Shown: one piece after another, positions 10,101 to 19,997 of the stretch | How the letters are laid out: each line of letters begins with the position of its first letter | How positions within the stretch are numbered: position 1 is the stretch's first letter | Source: a virus | Taxonomy: Duplodnaviria; Caudoviricetes | Strand: one strand, 5' to 3' | IMG/VR virus record: IMGVR_UViG_3300030451_003961 | Coordinates: 1-62,386 of that record | DNA length: 62,386 bases | Notes under the pieces: generated by a model | The model's input: only the letters and a program-made list of their open reading frames with translations | Database searches by the model: none | Told to the model about the DNA's origin: nothing | Position numbers and translations under genes: made by a program

Positions 10101-11983
10101 ACTACAAACTTATACTTAGTCGCCCAAAAAGGTGGAGGACTAGTCAAGGTTACTCTTATCTTGTTAAGTTTTACTGATGTTTGAGGTTGTGTGTATACTG
10201 CGTTAGTTTCACACACCAAGGCTGTTGAGCTTCTTAAATACTCATCCATGTAAACTATACCCACTTCATAGTCTCTGTTACTGTGTAAACTTTTTCTTGA
10301 TCCTATTTCTTGAAATTGAGAATTAGTAATATTCAAATCAAAGTATTCATAAAGAACATCGGCAGGATCTGAATTATCTACATATTTTATTGCAGGTATT
10401 TGTAATCCTATTGTGTCAACTCCTGGTATTGCAGTAATAATAAAACCTTGATTTAAAGAAGTAATACCAAAGTCAGTTTTTACCCAAGTAAAAGTATCAT
10501 CACTTCCTGGGCCAACTACTGAACAAACAAATTGATCAGTCAATGTTCCAGGTTGAGCTGCAGTTCCACAATCTGAAACTGTACCATGAGTAGGAGTTGC
10601 AGTTGTTGCTGCACCGATAGCTGCGATAAAAGCCTCGCTAGTTGCGAGTGCGTAAACACTCGTATAGTCTTGATCTAAAGTAAATATAAAATCTATTAAT
10701 ACCTGATCACTTGCGTTTGGATTACCAGAAGTATCTCCTGTAAACTGCACATGGTTTGCTGTACCACTAAAACCAAATTGTGAATTTTCTTTTAAATCCA
10801 CTCCATTTGGAAAATCAAATGTGATCATTGCAGTTGAGATTTGAGTTGGTGTATCTATAGTATAATCGACTCCATGGCTTATGGTAATAGGAACTTCTTG
10901 AATTTCTGGATCTTGAGAAACTATTTTCGCTACATATCTCACATCTATTGGAGAACCTGTATCGGTAACAATATCATAACCCTCCTCATAATTACCAAAC
11001 ATCAATCTATTACCCATAATAGTAAGGGCTTTAGCTTTTAATGGAACATTATCATAAAGCCTTAAGTTCTCATCTACTGCTAATGTGGTATATATTTTAC
11101 CATTTGTAAATTGAATTGTTTGTATAGAGTTGTCGGGAAAACCTGATGCTTCCTTATCTATTTTCTCAGCAACATTAATTACTGATCCATCAGTTAATCT
11201 AAAACAAATATCAATACCAACAACATTCTCACCACCTGTGTTATATCCTATGTTAACAGAGTTAAAACTGTTTTCCATGGAATCATTTGTCATGGTTGCA
11301 GCATTAAAATTAAAAAACTTAGGTTCAAACGCTATATCTGAAAACTGTGACAACGCTGAATATTCTCCATTCTTGTACTTATACCTGTAAGCAAAAGAAA
11401 TAAATCTAGATTCTAAATAATTCTCTTCGCCTGGTAATTTTTGTAATGTAACTGTAGGAGCTTCTAGTGGTGGTTGAACAATAACTAAGATATCTGAACC
11501 ACTAAACTGATCTACACCTGCGAGAGGGACAGGATAATTTTCGGTTATATTTATTCTTCTGGGAGGGTTTAAATTATCTGTAAAAAATAAAAGATCATCA
11601 ATCATATCTACTCCTGTGATCAGATATTGTTTATTAAAATTTAAAACTGTTGTGCTTTCTATATGTTTTACCAGGATATTATTTCTAACATCATAAGACA
11701 CTATCATATCGACAGAATCAGAAGTTACAAACCAATATATAGTATCGTTTTGTGTATCTGCATACGCACCAATACAAAGTGGATTAGATAAGGGGTTGCC
11801 ATTAAATGTAAGTGAGGTTAATTTAGTGTTACCTTTGGAATTTTCTACTGCACCAATTTCAGTACCTTCGGTTGATCCCAATCTTACATTAAGGGCATCG
11901 ATGTATTCGCCAGGTCTTATCAACCTTTCATCGACAGACTTATTCATCACGCCTCTAACAAAATTTTGTACTATTTTCGCCAA
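7169..11983 (-). CDS. Tail nozzle/stabilisation (muzzle-like) protein, 1604 aa
   Basis: N-terminal F..G.MNKS.DERL..PGEY.DALN motif, FAYRYKY..GEYSALS and YFTDAKRGAV motifs recalled from crAss-like muzzle proteins; follows the ring genes. Confidence 0.7.
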   Translation of the reverse strand: MAKIVQNFVRGVMNKSVDERLIRPGEYIDALNVRLGSTEGTEIGAVENSKGNTKLTSLTFNGNPLSNPLCIGAYADTQNDTIYWFVTSDSVDMIVSYDVRNNILVKHIESTTVLNFNKQYLITGVDMIDDLLFFTDNLNPPRRINITENYPVPLAGVDQFSGSDILVIVQPPLEAPTVTLQKLPGEENYLESRFISFAYRYKYKNGEYSALSQFSDIAFEPKFFNFNAATMTNDSMENSFNSVNIGYNTGGENVVGIDICFRLTDGSVINVAEKIDKEASGFPDNSIQTIQFTNGKIYTTLAVDENLRLYDNVPLKAKALTIMGNRLMFGNYEEGYDIVTDTGSPIDVRYVAKIVSQDPEIQEVPITISHGVDYTIDTPTQISTAMITFDFPNGVDLKENSQFGFSGTANHVQFTGDTSGNPNASDQVLIDFIFTLDQDYTSVYALATSEAFIAAIGAATTATPTHGTVSDCGTAAQPGTLTDQFVCSVVGPGSDDTFTWVKTDFGITSLNQGFIITAIPGVDTIGLQIPAIKYVDNSDPADVLYEYFDLNITNSQFQEIGSRKSLHSNRDYEVGIVYMDEYLRSSTALVCETNAVYTQPQTSVKLNKIRVTLTSPPPFWATKYKFVVKRVQSTYETLYANLYFQGENTSSVFYQLLGQNQVKAETGDTLIVKADGNGPRENLVKTQILSIEAKEEDFIEGDQSQTDDVEEPAGLYMELKPRGFIGTNEADEFSSVDNGVKSAGSRPNKPRVDYPVFPESLTDAADPLYEAYDLPAGSLVTFEIRFNRNDRGSDCGQEFYEKNFTVQATQDYPNLHSMVLGENVVFTGGDSRVTGDEVPNQNVFYPTLATSSSEGVGGNELFFTNGVNKYQFFKTQPSGGRMFFGVRSGTQKCGGIGPRFSYLQVHIRAIRAANLMVFETVPKDADVDLYFEGSKNYNITNGFHEGNIQNQTATDAAIVDLSFFDCFSFGNGVESYKILDNLDGRKFDLGVRVTSVSEQDYKKADRFAGITYSGVFNNESNVNRLNEFNLGLANFKNLEKNYGAIQVLSPRETDILVLQEDRISYVLAGKNLLSDLSGTGALTSVPEVLGQQIARLEEYGNSFNPESFATFGTDKYFTDAKRGAVIKLSGTGYSSETLEVISKAGMRSFFRDEFTSGFNTQKIGGYDPYMNEYVLSSNNTELPKPPPVYTCDQSISQVAAASSYTFVIDYGTAIGDSSVGIQTDNDIDITIAYNGVDVVDLSITAPGQTVTFSKPLNFPTTATFTVRPTNGATSYTIVPRCVATTPLQIIQIALTSAQDAGKFIHNQYEWQNGSDPISPLSSEQILFLSGDQPLVSSYISTSGFESIGVFPVDGANVTMKSNKILSDDFDFDTAQDNFSYLSSATLYQNNTSDIETLIPLLQQATPISNPSTGLYQASFTYNTGNPYLYMVWDYRKSTQIELCYDATSELNACCDCGVSPPACPDRRLVFQICNSNSLIDDNFEIFLNNVSIGTVNLNQNAQIGAVFIASTSNTETITSSDFVCPLTNMTTNYFNPDIVLGGTNTIFMKNIQNNGNGNFGTIGVRNYLLTGSNLSDPLNVADLTYSGASGSDFTLTFNYNDCGT

Positions 11984-11984
11984 C

Positions 11985-12950
11985 TTATTTTATTGTTTTA
12001 TCTTGCCCTCTTAGGTTCATTAGCAATCTTCCTGGATGCATGTTGCTCAATCTAATCTTAGCATTTCTAAGTAAAGCTTGTTTATTTTTTTGTGCTCTCC
12101 TAACCACATATTCTTGTACTGCAAACTTGTTGTTGAGTATTGCATATTTTATGTAAGCATATATGTAATCTTCAAAAAGTTTATTGACAGTAATTTTAGA
12201 ATCATCTACTACTGTTTCATATCCTGACTCTGTTTGTACATATTGAACTTCATACATACCATCAGACACATACTCTAATACTATCGATTTACCTGTCATG
12301 CCTGAGCTAAAATTTATAACTCCTGCTTTTTTGTCTATTTTAAATGTTGGGTTTGAGTTGGCTGTTTCAGTATTCAGACCATATCTTGATCCGATTTGAT
12401 AATCAAAAAACCATTCTCCATTCAAGTTGAATCCCATCATTCCATCAAACACACTACCACTATTTAGATAAATGCTTGGTGATAAGTTTCGTAATCTATA
12501 AGAAGTGACCTCACCATATTCAGCTTCTAAAACTGCTCCCTTTTCGTCAAACAAAATATTGTATTGCTTGTCTTGTAGATAACCTGTGCTAAAGTTAGTT
12601 TGAATATTCTCTGTGAGTGGCATCAAAACACCATCGTTAAAATAAGAAACACGAACCCAATTGACATAATCAGGAGGTAAAATAAATTTTAACTGATCTG
12701 AAATTTCTAATTGTAAAACTTTTATTTCTTTGAAAGCATCATAGTTCAGTTCTTGTATTCCTCTTTTAGCATGAAATAAAACCTGGTATCTATTAATGTT
12801 ATTTATTAATTCATGGTTTCCCTGATACATCAACATAAAATTATTTACTATGTCTTTAAGAGAAACATATTGGTATGATCCCCAATTTTCGTCTCTAGGA
12901 GACTGATCATTGTTTTCATAATATTGATATGCTGTAATATATGTACTCAT
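11985..12950 (-). CDS. Tail ring/adaptor structural protein
   Basis: Position between capsid block and nozzle; LPPDYVNWVRVS motif typical of adaptor/tail-tube proteins. Confidence 0.55.
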   Translation of the reverse strand: MSTYITAYQYYENNDQSPRDENWGSYQYVSLKDIVNNFMLMYQGNHELINNINRYQVLFHAKRGIQELNYDAFKEIKVLQLEISDQLKFILPPDYVNWVRVSYFNDGVLMPLTENIQTNFSTGYLQDKQYNILFDEKGAVLEAEYGEVTSYRLRNLSPSIYLNSGSVFDGMMGFNLNGEWFFDYQIGSRYGLNTETANSNPTFKIDKKAGVINFSSGMTGKSIVLEYVSDGMYEVQYVQTESGYETVVDDSKITVNKLFEDYIYAYIKYAILNNKFAVQEYVVRRAQKNKQALLRNAKIRLSNMHPGRLLMNLRGQDKTIK

Positions 12951-13675
12951 GTGGTTTGATTTTCTTGTTTGTCTTGCTCTATTTGTTCAGCTTGAGCAAA
13001 CTGATAAACTTCTTTTTCTCTAATAGATATACCTGCATACTGTAAAATTTTAGTAACTAAAGTATACATATCACTAATAGGCAATTCAAAATCCTGGAAG
13101 TCTGCTTGGTTCGGATCAAACAAAGCTTCACCTCCCGATAAAGTTTGGTAAGTCCACTTTGGTGTAAAAGGATATCTAATATATTGAGCTGAAATATCTG
13201 TAGCACCCTGTATACTGCTTGGATAAATGGTAACTTTGTTACCCTCTAATGTATATGCAGGAAACATTGTTGTGGGTGCAGTTAGATTAGAATATAATAA
13301 GTAAGTGATTTTACTTTGGTTTACTCTTTCAACTTCTGTGTTGTTATAAATAATTTTGTTTACCAAATAATACGCACCTCCTGGTGGTAAATTTTCTACA
13401 GGTAAAAGATATACATTGTTTGCGTCTTGTGTAAGGTTTGCAGTAACAGAAAAACCATCTATAACTTCTTCAATTCCTTTTTTAATATCTGCATAAGAAG
13501 AACCAGATCTTCTTGTGTTTTCTAAATTTACTGTAACATTGAATTGATAAAAATAATCCTCAAACAAATCTAATTGTGCTTGTTCGGCATATAGATTAAA
13601 ATCTGCAGGGGTTATGTACCCATAGTTATTTTTATTTACAATAGCTAGAACAGTATTTCTTACCTGATTTATCAT
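12947..13675 (-). CDS. Head-tail adaptor/ring protein
   Basis: Synteny; NK...GYITP..FN..A.QAQ N-terminus resembles crAss-like ring proteins (recalled). Confidence 0.55.
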   Translation of the reverse strand: MINQVRNTVLAIVNKNNYGYITPADFNLYAEQAQLDLFEDYFYQFNVTVNLENTRRSGSSYADIKKGIEEVIDGFSVTANLTQDANNVYLLPVENLPPGGAYYLVNKIIYNNTEVERVNQSKITYLLYSNLTAPTTMFPAYTLEGNKVTIYPSSIQGATDISAQYIRYPFTPKWTYQTLSGGEALFDPNQADFQDFELPISDMYTLVTKILQYAGISIREKEVYQFAQAEQIEQDKQENQTT

Positions 13676-13690
13676 TGTCTAAACTTTTTA

Positions 13691-13698
13691 CAAAGATA
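13691..13698 (-). promoter_or_regulatory. -7 promoter box TATCTTTG
   Basis: TAnnTTTG match 15 nt before the ATG at 13675, just downstream of a terminator. Confidence 0.65.
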
Positions 13699-13704
13699 AT
13701 AAAT

Positions 13705-13735
13705 AAAAAAAGCACCCTTCGGTTAGAGTGCCTTT
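13705..13735 (-). terminator. Intrinsic terminator
   Basis: Minus strand reads GGCACTCT-AACCGA-AGGGTGCT followed by a T run, just after the stop at 13758. Confidence 0.75.
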
Positions 13736-13757
13736 TGTACTGCTATGATAAAAACAA

Positions 13758-14045
13758 TTAAGGAAGTAATGTTACTGTTAGAGACTGTACACTTACTCCA
13801 CTTGGTAATACAACAGGTATTACTACCCCTTGACCAACTGAAGATTTCGCAGCGTTTTGTAAAGCAACATTAATAGCATCAGCAAATCCATCTGTGAGAT
13901 TAGTGCCTGCTACAGCCAAGTGATGTGATCCATCACCTAGGTGAATTTTAGCCTCGCTACTAGTATCTACTTCTGAATACAGAATTTGACTTGCATTTAT
14001 TTGCATTTCTCCTTCATCTGTACTTAATAATATATAAAATGACAT
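13758..14045 (-). CDS. Hypothetical virion-associated protein (95 aa)
   Basis: Clean ORF with its own promoter box (14060-14067) and terminator. Confidence 0.6.
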   Translation of the reverse strand: MSFYILLSTDEGEMQINASQILYSEVDTSSEAKIHLGDGSHHLAVAGTNLTDGFADAINVALQNAAKSSVGQGVVIPVVLPSGVSVQSLTVTLLP

Positions 14046-14059
14046 AACTTATTTTTTAG

Positions 14060-14067
14060 CAAAGTTA
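14060..14067 (-). promoter_or_regulatory. -7 promoter box TAACTTTG
   Basis: TAnnTTTG match 14 nt before the ATG at 14045. Confidence 0.6.
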
Positions 14068-14073
14068 AGAAAT

Positions 14074-14811
14074 TTATTTAAGTAATTTTTCTAGCATTTT
14101 ATATGTCTCTACACCATCATCACTCGCTAAATATGTGCTAACAATATATGAAGCTGATTCACCTGGTGGAATCGACATAAGCTTGGTTTTGTTTTCTTTA
14201 AGGTTGAAATATACATCTCTACCTTTATTACGCATAGATAGTAATCCTTCATCAAAACATTTTACAACCATAGATTGAGTTGTTACAATAGGATCATTGG
14301 CTGAATTTATAAATTCACTTGGCCATGTTTTAGCATAAACCAATATATCTCTTTTTAATTCTGCACTTGTCATTCTATCTACATTCAATCCTAGTGCCAC
14401 TCTACCTATGTTTTCCATAGTTTGAATATCCATTTCTTTAGCCATGATTAATGCATCAACCTCGTCATTAATTTTAACAAGTTCTGCTTCTGCATCTCTT
14501 TCATAATCCACCTCAACATATGTCTTACCATTTTTGGGGTGAAGATCTAGAAACTTTTGTAGTACAGGATTTTCTGCACCCACAGTCAAGAAACCATCTT
14601 CAAATATGATCGGTTCTAGTATTGCATTTCCATCTTGCTCATCCTCGAAAGGAGATTTTTGATTTCTTGCATATCTTAAAGGCCTATTGCTTTCTCCATC
14701 GAAATGTAACAGGGGATTAAGTTTTGTGCTTTTGGATTGTAAAATGTAGGATAGTGGTGCTGCTTCTCTCGTAAGTCTATACACCTTTGTTTTTAATATT
14801 TTATTTTTCAT
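14074..14811 (-). CDS. Conserved-looking protein downstream of the capsid gene (245 aa)
   Basis: Clean ORF directly after the major capsid gene; function not recognised. Confidence 0.55.
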   Translation of the reverse strand: MKNKILKTKVYRLTREAAPLSYILQSKSTKLNPLLHFDGESNRPLRYARNQKSPFEDEQDGNAILEPIIFEDGFLTVGAENPVLQKFLDLHPKNGKTYVEVDYERDAEAELVKINDEVDALIMAKEMDIQTMENIGRVALGLNVDRMTSAELKRDILVYAKTWPSEFINSANDPIVTTQSMVVKCFDEGLLSMRNKGRDVYFNLKENKTKLMSIPPGESASYIVSTYLASDDGVETYKMLEKLLK

Positions 14812-14824
14812 TTGATTTAAATTT

Positions 14825-14853
14825 AAAAAAAGGGGAAGCCTAGACTCCCCCTT
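14825..14853 (-). terminator. Intrinsic terminator after the major capsid gene
   Basis: Minus strand reads GGGGGAGTC-TA-GGCTTCCCC then a T run, about 12 nt after the capsid stop. Confidence 0.8.
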
Positions 14854-14864
14854 ATAATTATCTA

Positions 14865-16340
14865 CTAGTTAAATAAGACAAAGTTATTTGCTCCTAAAGT
14901 ACATAGTGATCTTTCAGATAAGAAGTTCACTTGCATTGCGTCTAAAGAAGATGTTCTTGCACCACCTGCTGAACCTGTGATCCAAGTTTTATATCTTCTA
15001 TCTTCGCTTTCAGAAGCTCTATATCTTACATGTAAAAATGGTCTTTTAGCATTCTTACCTAAGATTTGATCGTATACAGTTGTAGAACCTGCAGGAACTA
15101 AAATTCCATTGATTTTACCACCGACTAGATCACCTCTCATTGTAGGATCATTTAAGTATTTCCAATCAGACTTATAGAAATCATATCCTAGTCTGAAACC
15201 GACAAAACCTAAATTTAAAGCCATCTCCTCATCATTGTCAAATAGTCCATAAGATGTACCACCTGCTCCATATGAGTTTTGAGCTGCTAAGAAATCATCA
15301 ATAGCAAAGCTGAAGGATCTGTTTAAGAAAATTACATTTTCTTCAATTGCTCCTTGCTTGTCTAATCTTTGTACAATAGTTTCAAATTCACCTTTGTCGC
15401 CTGGGATGCCATCATAGACATTACCTCTTTGCTCGACAACATAGAATAAACCTTGAGAACCTGCACCTGGATTTGCTTGGGCTGCTCTGTTTGGATTCGT
15501 TAGTGAAGCTGCTGCTCCAGAGTTTTGCTCTGCAGGTACTGCTTCTACCATCGCTGTTTCTAAATAGTCTTCGAATCTCAATCTTGTATCACTTTCGGAT
15601 TTCAAATACCATAGGTATCCATTCGCTCCATCTTCAGAAGTGATTTCGATCCATCCGATTTGAGCCATATCAGATCCAGAAACTTTGTAAGTATCTTTGA
15701 TGATGATTGGCTTGTTTTCGAAGATGAAGTCATCTGACTCTAGAGAGTTTTCCATTCCTTCAGTTCCTTTCATGAATTCTGAACCATAAATAAATACTGA
15801 ACATGCAGTCGCTTTACTTCCTGCACCACCATTAGCAGCCATAGTTTGACCACCACCTTCGTAGTATGCTACAGAAAACTTTTTGTTAGGATAGTCAACT
15901 GCTGTAACTACTGCTTTATTAGAAAAAGAAGAACCTGCAGAATTATCAGAGATCATTACTGTTTGTCCTACTCTAATTGCAATAGATCCATCACCACCTG
16001 TAGTTGTTCCTTGTCCAGGAATTACAGGTACTAATGCGTCTTTAACTTCCCACTCTGCAGTATCACTTGCAGCAGCGTCTGTTGTTACACAAAATTCGTA
16101 TTTAATATGTAATCTACCTTGCTCTGCCCATTTTAGTAAGTCAGAGTTAGTAGGCATCTCAGCTCCTACCATTCGTAGGAACGAAGATATACTTCTATTA
16201 CCATATCTTTCAAACTCTTTTTCATAAGTATCTGGTAGATACTGATTCAAAAAGTCAAAGTTGGTTATGTAGTTACCTGAAGTAACTACTCGCTCGGCAC
16301 TTGGTTGTAAATCAAAGCCTGGGGTTGCATTTAATGCCAT
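14865..16340 (-). CDS. Major capsid protein
   Basis: 491 aa; order terminase-portal-scaffold-this gene; followed by a strong terminator; QYLPD.YEKEFERYGNR and KWAEQGRLH motifs recalled from Bacteroidota phage capsids. Confidence 0.85.
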   Translation of the reverse strand: MALNATPGFDLQPSAERVVTSGNYITNFDFLNQYLPDTYEKEFERYGNRSISSFLRMVGAEMPTNSDLLKWAEQGRLHIKYEFCVTTDAAASDTAEWEVKDALVPVIPGQGTTTGGDGSIAIRVGQTVMISDNSAGSSFSNKAVVTAVDYPNKKFSVAYYEGGGQTMAANGGAGSKATACSVFIYGSEFMKGTEGMENSLESDDFIFENKPIIIKDTYKVSGSDMAQIGWIEITSEDGANGYLWYLKSESDTRLRFEDYLETAMVEAVPAEQNSGAAASLTNPNRAAQANPGAGSQGLFYVVEQRGNVYDGIPGDKGEFETIVQRLDKQGAIEENVIFLNRSFSFAIDDFLAAQNSYGAGGTSYGLFDNDEEMALNLGFVGFRLGYDFYKSDWKYLNDPTMRGDLVGGKINGILVPAGSTTVYDQILGKNAKRPFLHVRYRASESEDRRYKTWITGSAGGARTSSLDAMQVNFLSERSLCTLGANNFVLFN

Positions 16341-16362
16341 AACTTATTATTTTTTTTAAATA

Positions 16363-17511
16363 TTAAACTTTTTTTATACTCTTAATCTTTAACCCACGAC
16401 CAGAACTTTGATTGATTGCTGTTACTTTTAGACCATCTTTGTTAAAAGATTGTGGTGCAGATCTGACATCCATGTCTATATTCTTGGAACGCCTTGCATC
16501 ATTTTCGATTGCATCTGCCTTACCTTGATCATAAAAATAACGAGCAAACTTTTCTGGGTTCATAGCCACAGCTAAAGCTTTGTGGTATCCTGAAGCATCT
16601 GAAAGAACTCCCTCTTTATCTGTATACTTATTTATAAAGTTTAAGATATTAGATTGAGCTTTCTTAAGCTCATTTGTTTCACCAGGAGAATAGTTTAAAG
16701 TTTTATCCTCTATTTTGAAATCAAAACCTTTGAATTCAGAGTTAAAAACTTCATCTGTTTTTTTCAAAAACATGTTTGTTCTATCCTGCTGTTTCTTCAA
16801 ATTAGCTTCAGCTTGAGATACATAAGACTTGTAAGTTTCTAAATTTTGTTTCTCCTCTTCGGAAAGCTGCAACCCTGTTGACTCAACTAGTGGTGTTTTA
16901 TACTTTTCTTTGAGTTCGTTGAGATAATTTTTCGCCTTAGCAAGTTCTCGTTTTTTTGCTCTTTGAGTTTTCTTCACAAACTTTGAATCGTCTATATTCT
17001 CGTCATAAGAAAATCTATCTTCAATAAGATCTCTTATATCTTCAGGATCTAGACCGACCTCTGTCTGTGCGTAATACTCAGAAAGCAACTGATCGTCTGA
17101 TAGAGAACCATAATCTTTATTTAATTTTACATAGTCCTCGATCCCACGACCTGTTTCTTTTTTGTACTTAAAATACGCTGATACATCAGCAGGAAGTTCT
17201 TCGTTTTCTTTCTTTTGTGCAAACAATTCATCAACCGACTTAACTTCCTTTTTGTACCTTTTCTTTATATATGAAAGAACATCTTCCTCATTTAGCTCTG
17301 AGGTGGGAGCTATTTCTTGTGGTGTTTCAACCTCTGGTTCAACACTCTTTTCTTCTTGTGGAGGTTGTTCCTCTACTTGAGTTTCCACTTCTTTTACAGC
17401 AGTAGGTTCAGTTGGTGCATTTTCTTCTTCATGCTTTTCCAACAATTCTTTTTCTACTTCTTGTACTGATTTGTTAGATTCTTCATCTAACGCTCTTACT
17501 TTTATTTCCAT
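16363..17511 (-). CDS. Capsid scaffolding protein (putative)
   Basis: Very acidic low-complexity N-terminus and helical charged body; lies between portal and capsid. Confidence 0.65.
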   Translation of the reverse strand: MEIKVRALDEESNKSVQEVEKELLEKHEEENAPTEPTAVKEVETQVEEQPPQEEKSVEPEVETPQEIAPTSELNEEDVLSYIKKRYKKEVKSVDELFAQKKENEELPADVSAYFKYKKETGRGIEDYVKLNKDYGSLSDDQLLSEYYAQTEVGLDPEDIRDLIEDRFSYDENIDDSKFVKKTQRAKKRELAKAKNYLNELKEKYKTPLVESTGLQLSEEEKQNLETYKSYVSQAEANLKKQQDRTNMFLKKTDEVFNSEFKGFDFKIEDKTLNYSPGETNELKKAQSNILNFINKYTDKEGVLSDASGYHKALAVAMNPEKFARYFYDQGKADAIENDARRSKNIDMDVRSAPQSFNKDGLKVTAINQSSGRGLKIKSIKKV

Positions 17512-17527
17512 TTGATTAAATTTTATG

Positions 17528-17535
17528 CAAAGTTA
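17528..17535 (-). promoter_or_regulatory. -7 promoter box TAACTTTG for scaffold-capsid
   Basis: TAnnTTTG match 16 nt before the ATG at 17511. Confidence 0.65.
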
Positions 17536-17561
17536 TTAATAATTTATTTCTCATTTTTTAG

Positions 17562-19997
17562 CTATCTTGGTTCAAACTCAGCCAGATCAAAACCATCTAA
17601 ACTATCCTCGTTAGATTCAAATTTAATTGGTGGTAGATCATTCTTACGCTGATTAATTAATTGAGATTGCTCAGAGTTTTGTTGACTAATTCTTTCTGAT
17701 TTGCCTTTTTCTCTTTTTTGTTCTCTTTCATTGATTTGTTTTTCCTCAACACCTTTAATTTGTAAGTTATATTGAAACTCTCTATCCATAAGTTGAGCTT
17801 TCAACATAGCTTCGTTTTTAAGTTTCTCTATTTCAAATGCTATTTCAGCTTGCTTGGACTGCATTTTAACTTGTCCTTCAGCTTGAATTTTTTGTATTGC
17901 AGTTTGTGCAGCCATTTGTTGTGACTGCATGTTTGCTTGATTCTGTTGAGCTTGAAGTTGCATTTTCATTTGCTGATCTTTCTCTTCTTTTTTAATTCTT
18001 TTTACTTTCAATAATTGATTTGCCATTTTAATATTTTTTACTTCTCTAATATCTATAGCATCTTCAAGATTGATATCGTTCTTTGATAAAGCCATTTGTA
18101 TATTGGCTTCAAGTAAAGCTTTCTGCTCCTCATCAGGTGATACCTCGATGAATATTCCAAAGTCATATATGTATAAATCTTTTATTTGTTCCAAGATAGA
18201 TACATTATACTTTCCGATTTGCATAGCAAACTCTTCTTTAAACTCTGAATATTCTAAGACATCAGCAATCCTGCATGATAAAGCTTCAGCTAAAGTTCGT
18301 GTCATAAACAGACTCCCATCTAGAATATGTCTTGTGGCTGTGTTTGAATTCAAAGCTGCAAGTTTTTGTAACCCAACCAAAGAATTTGGATCGGGTGTGC
18401 TTGCGTCTCTAGCTTCATTTAATCCTGTCACAGATCTTAACATCCCTAAATAATGATTATAATTATTTATTAATGCAGCCATCTTTGATTGACCTGTGTT
18501 TCCTACTAAAGGTTGTATCGGCATCTTGCCTGCGTTCTGCTCTCCCTCTTGTGTGTAACTCCTACCTACTACACTACCTGTTTGAAAATAAAGTCGTAAG
18601 GCATCCTCTGGATTGTATGCTTGACCTGTACCTAAATCTACTTCATTTAATCCATCAGCATCAATGTATACACCATCAGGAACCATTCGGTTTACTACTT
18701 GTTGTAATTTCAAATGCGTGATCTGTATCAGATCAGCGAAAGGAATCATTCTTCTTGTAAGAGATTCTATAACACCTTTGTACATACGAGGTGCAACAGC
18801 GATATAGTTTGACATGGCATGCTGAGAAGCCGACTGAGGTCTAACCATATTCTTTGCCATCTCCCATTTCAACATAATGTTTGTTCCCATAACCATAACT
18901 CCTTCATACCAAACATCGATAGTTTTTTCAAGCTTTTCGAAGTTTCCTTCTTGTTGCATTTCTTCTGGTGGATTAAAAGTATCTTCTTTTTCGATAACTC
19001 TAGATCCACCTGTTTCTAACTTTTTCTTTTTGTAAACAAACTTGTTAGTGGTTTTATAATTAAAATACAACAGGGTGGCTGTATCTTTATAAAACATACT
19101 GTTCTGATAATATTGTGCAGTATTCCAATACTGATACCATGTTTGACTGTATTGAGAAATTTTTTCTAAATCTTGATTTGTAAGTGTAGGATCTATTTTA
19201 ATTAATTCAGTTATAGGTACAGTCTTCAACTCACCCCAATAAAAACAATCTCTGAAGTAAGGATCTTCTGTATAACTATAAACAACATTGGCAGGATCTA
19301 CATAGTTTAGTGTGATTCCATTGCCTGGTAAAAATTCATGTTTTGCTATTGCTATTCCTAAAACTGCTAGATCATAATTAGTTCTTTTCTGAATATCTAT
19401 GTAGTGGTTCTCTTCAAATATTGTGCTTATCGCTTCTTCTTCTGCAATCTCAATCCCTGGTTTGTAATTAAGTTGCATATATAGATTGAGTTCTTCATCA
19501 GTATTAGGAAGATCATTAGGATCTCCAACAAAAGGATTTACACCAAAATCATTTTGAATTTGTGTTAATAAATCTTTTGAAACCATTTGAGCTTCTACTT
19601 GATCTTGAAATCTATTTCTGTTTTCAGCAGACAATGCATCTTGTGCGTATGCTTTTACACTAAACAAACGATCAGACATACCATTGACAACAATATCTAC
19701 AAACTTAGGTAAGATAGGAACAGGTGTCCAATCTAAATTTAAATATGATAAATCACCATCAATAGCTAATTCATTTTTATATTTACCAATAGGTTGTTCT
19801 GCTCTAGCGTATAATCTTAAACGCCAAAAGTCAGAGTATTGGTTGAAATATTTACAGCTACCTCCCTGTTTTCTAAACCATTCGTATTGTATAGCCTGTC
19901 CTATTTGTAACCCATACTCTTCAGTTTTTTTCTGTGCGTCTGGCACGAATTGAGTAGGGAAATAGACAGATGGAATGTTAATATTTACTTCTTTCAT
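17562..19997 (-). CDS. Portal protein
   Basis: 811 aa directly after the terminase; LDWTPVPILPKFVDIVVNG motif and Q-rich C-terminal coiled coil, as in podovirus portals with a barrel. Confidence 0.85.
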   Translation of the reverse strand: MKEVNINIPSVYFPTQFVPDAQKKTEEYGLQIGQAIQYEWFRKQGGSCKYFNQYSDFWRLRLYARAEQPIGKYKNELAIDGDLSYLNLDWTPVPILPKFVDIVVNGMSDRLFSVKAYAQDALSAENRNRFQDQVEAQMVSKDLLTQIQNDFGVNPFVGDPNDLPNTDEELNLYMQLNYKPGIEIAEEEAISTIFEENHYIDIQKRTNYDLAVLGIAIAKHEFLPGNGITLNYVDPANVVYSYTEDPYFRDCFYWGELKTVPITELIKIDPTLTNQDLEKISQYSQTWYQYWNTAQYYQNSMFYKDTATLLYFNYKTTNKFVYKKKKLETGGSRVIEKEDTFNPPEEMQQEGNFEKLEKTIDVWYEGVMVMGTNIMLKWEMAKNMVRPQSASQHAMSNYIAVAPRMYKGVIESLTRRMIPFADLIQITHLKLQQVVNRMVPDGVYIDADGLNEVDLGTGQAYNPEDALRLYFQTGSVVGRSYTQEGEQNAGKMPIQPLVGNTGQSKMAALINNYNHYLGMLRSVTGLNEARDASTPDPNSLVGLQKLAALNSNTATRHILDGSLFMTRTLAEALSCRIADVLEYSEFKEEFAMQIGKYNVSILEQIKDLYIYDFGIFIEVSPDEEQKALLEANIQMALSKNDINLEDAIDIREVKNIKMANQLLKVKRIKKEEKDQQMKMQLQAQQNQANMQSQQMAAQTAIQKIQAEGQVKMQSKQAEIAFEIEKLKNEAMLKAQLMDREFQYNLQIKGVEEKQINEREQKREKGKSERISQQNSEQSQLINQRKNDLPPIKFESNEDSLDGFDLAEFEPR

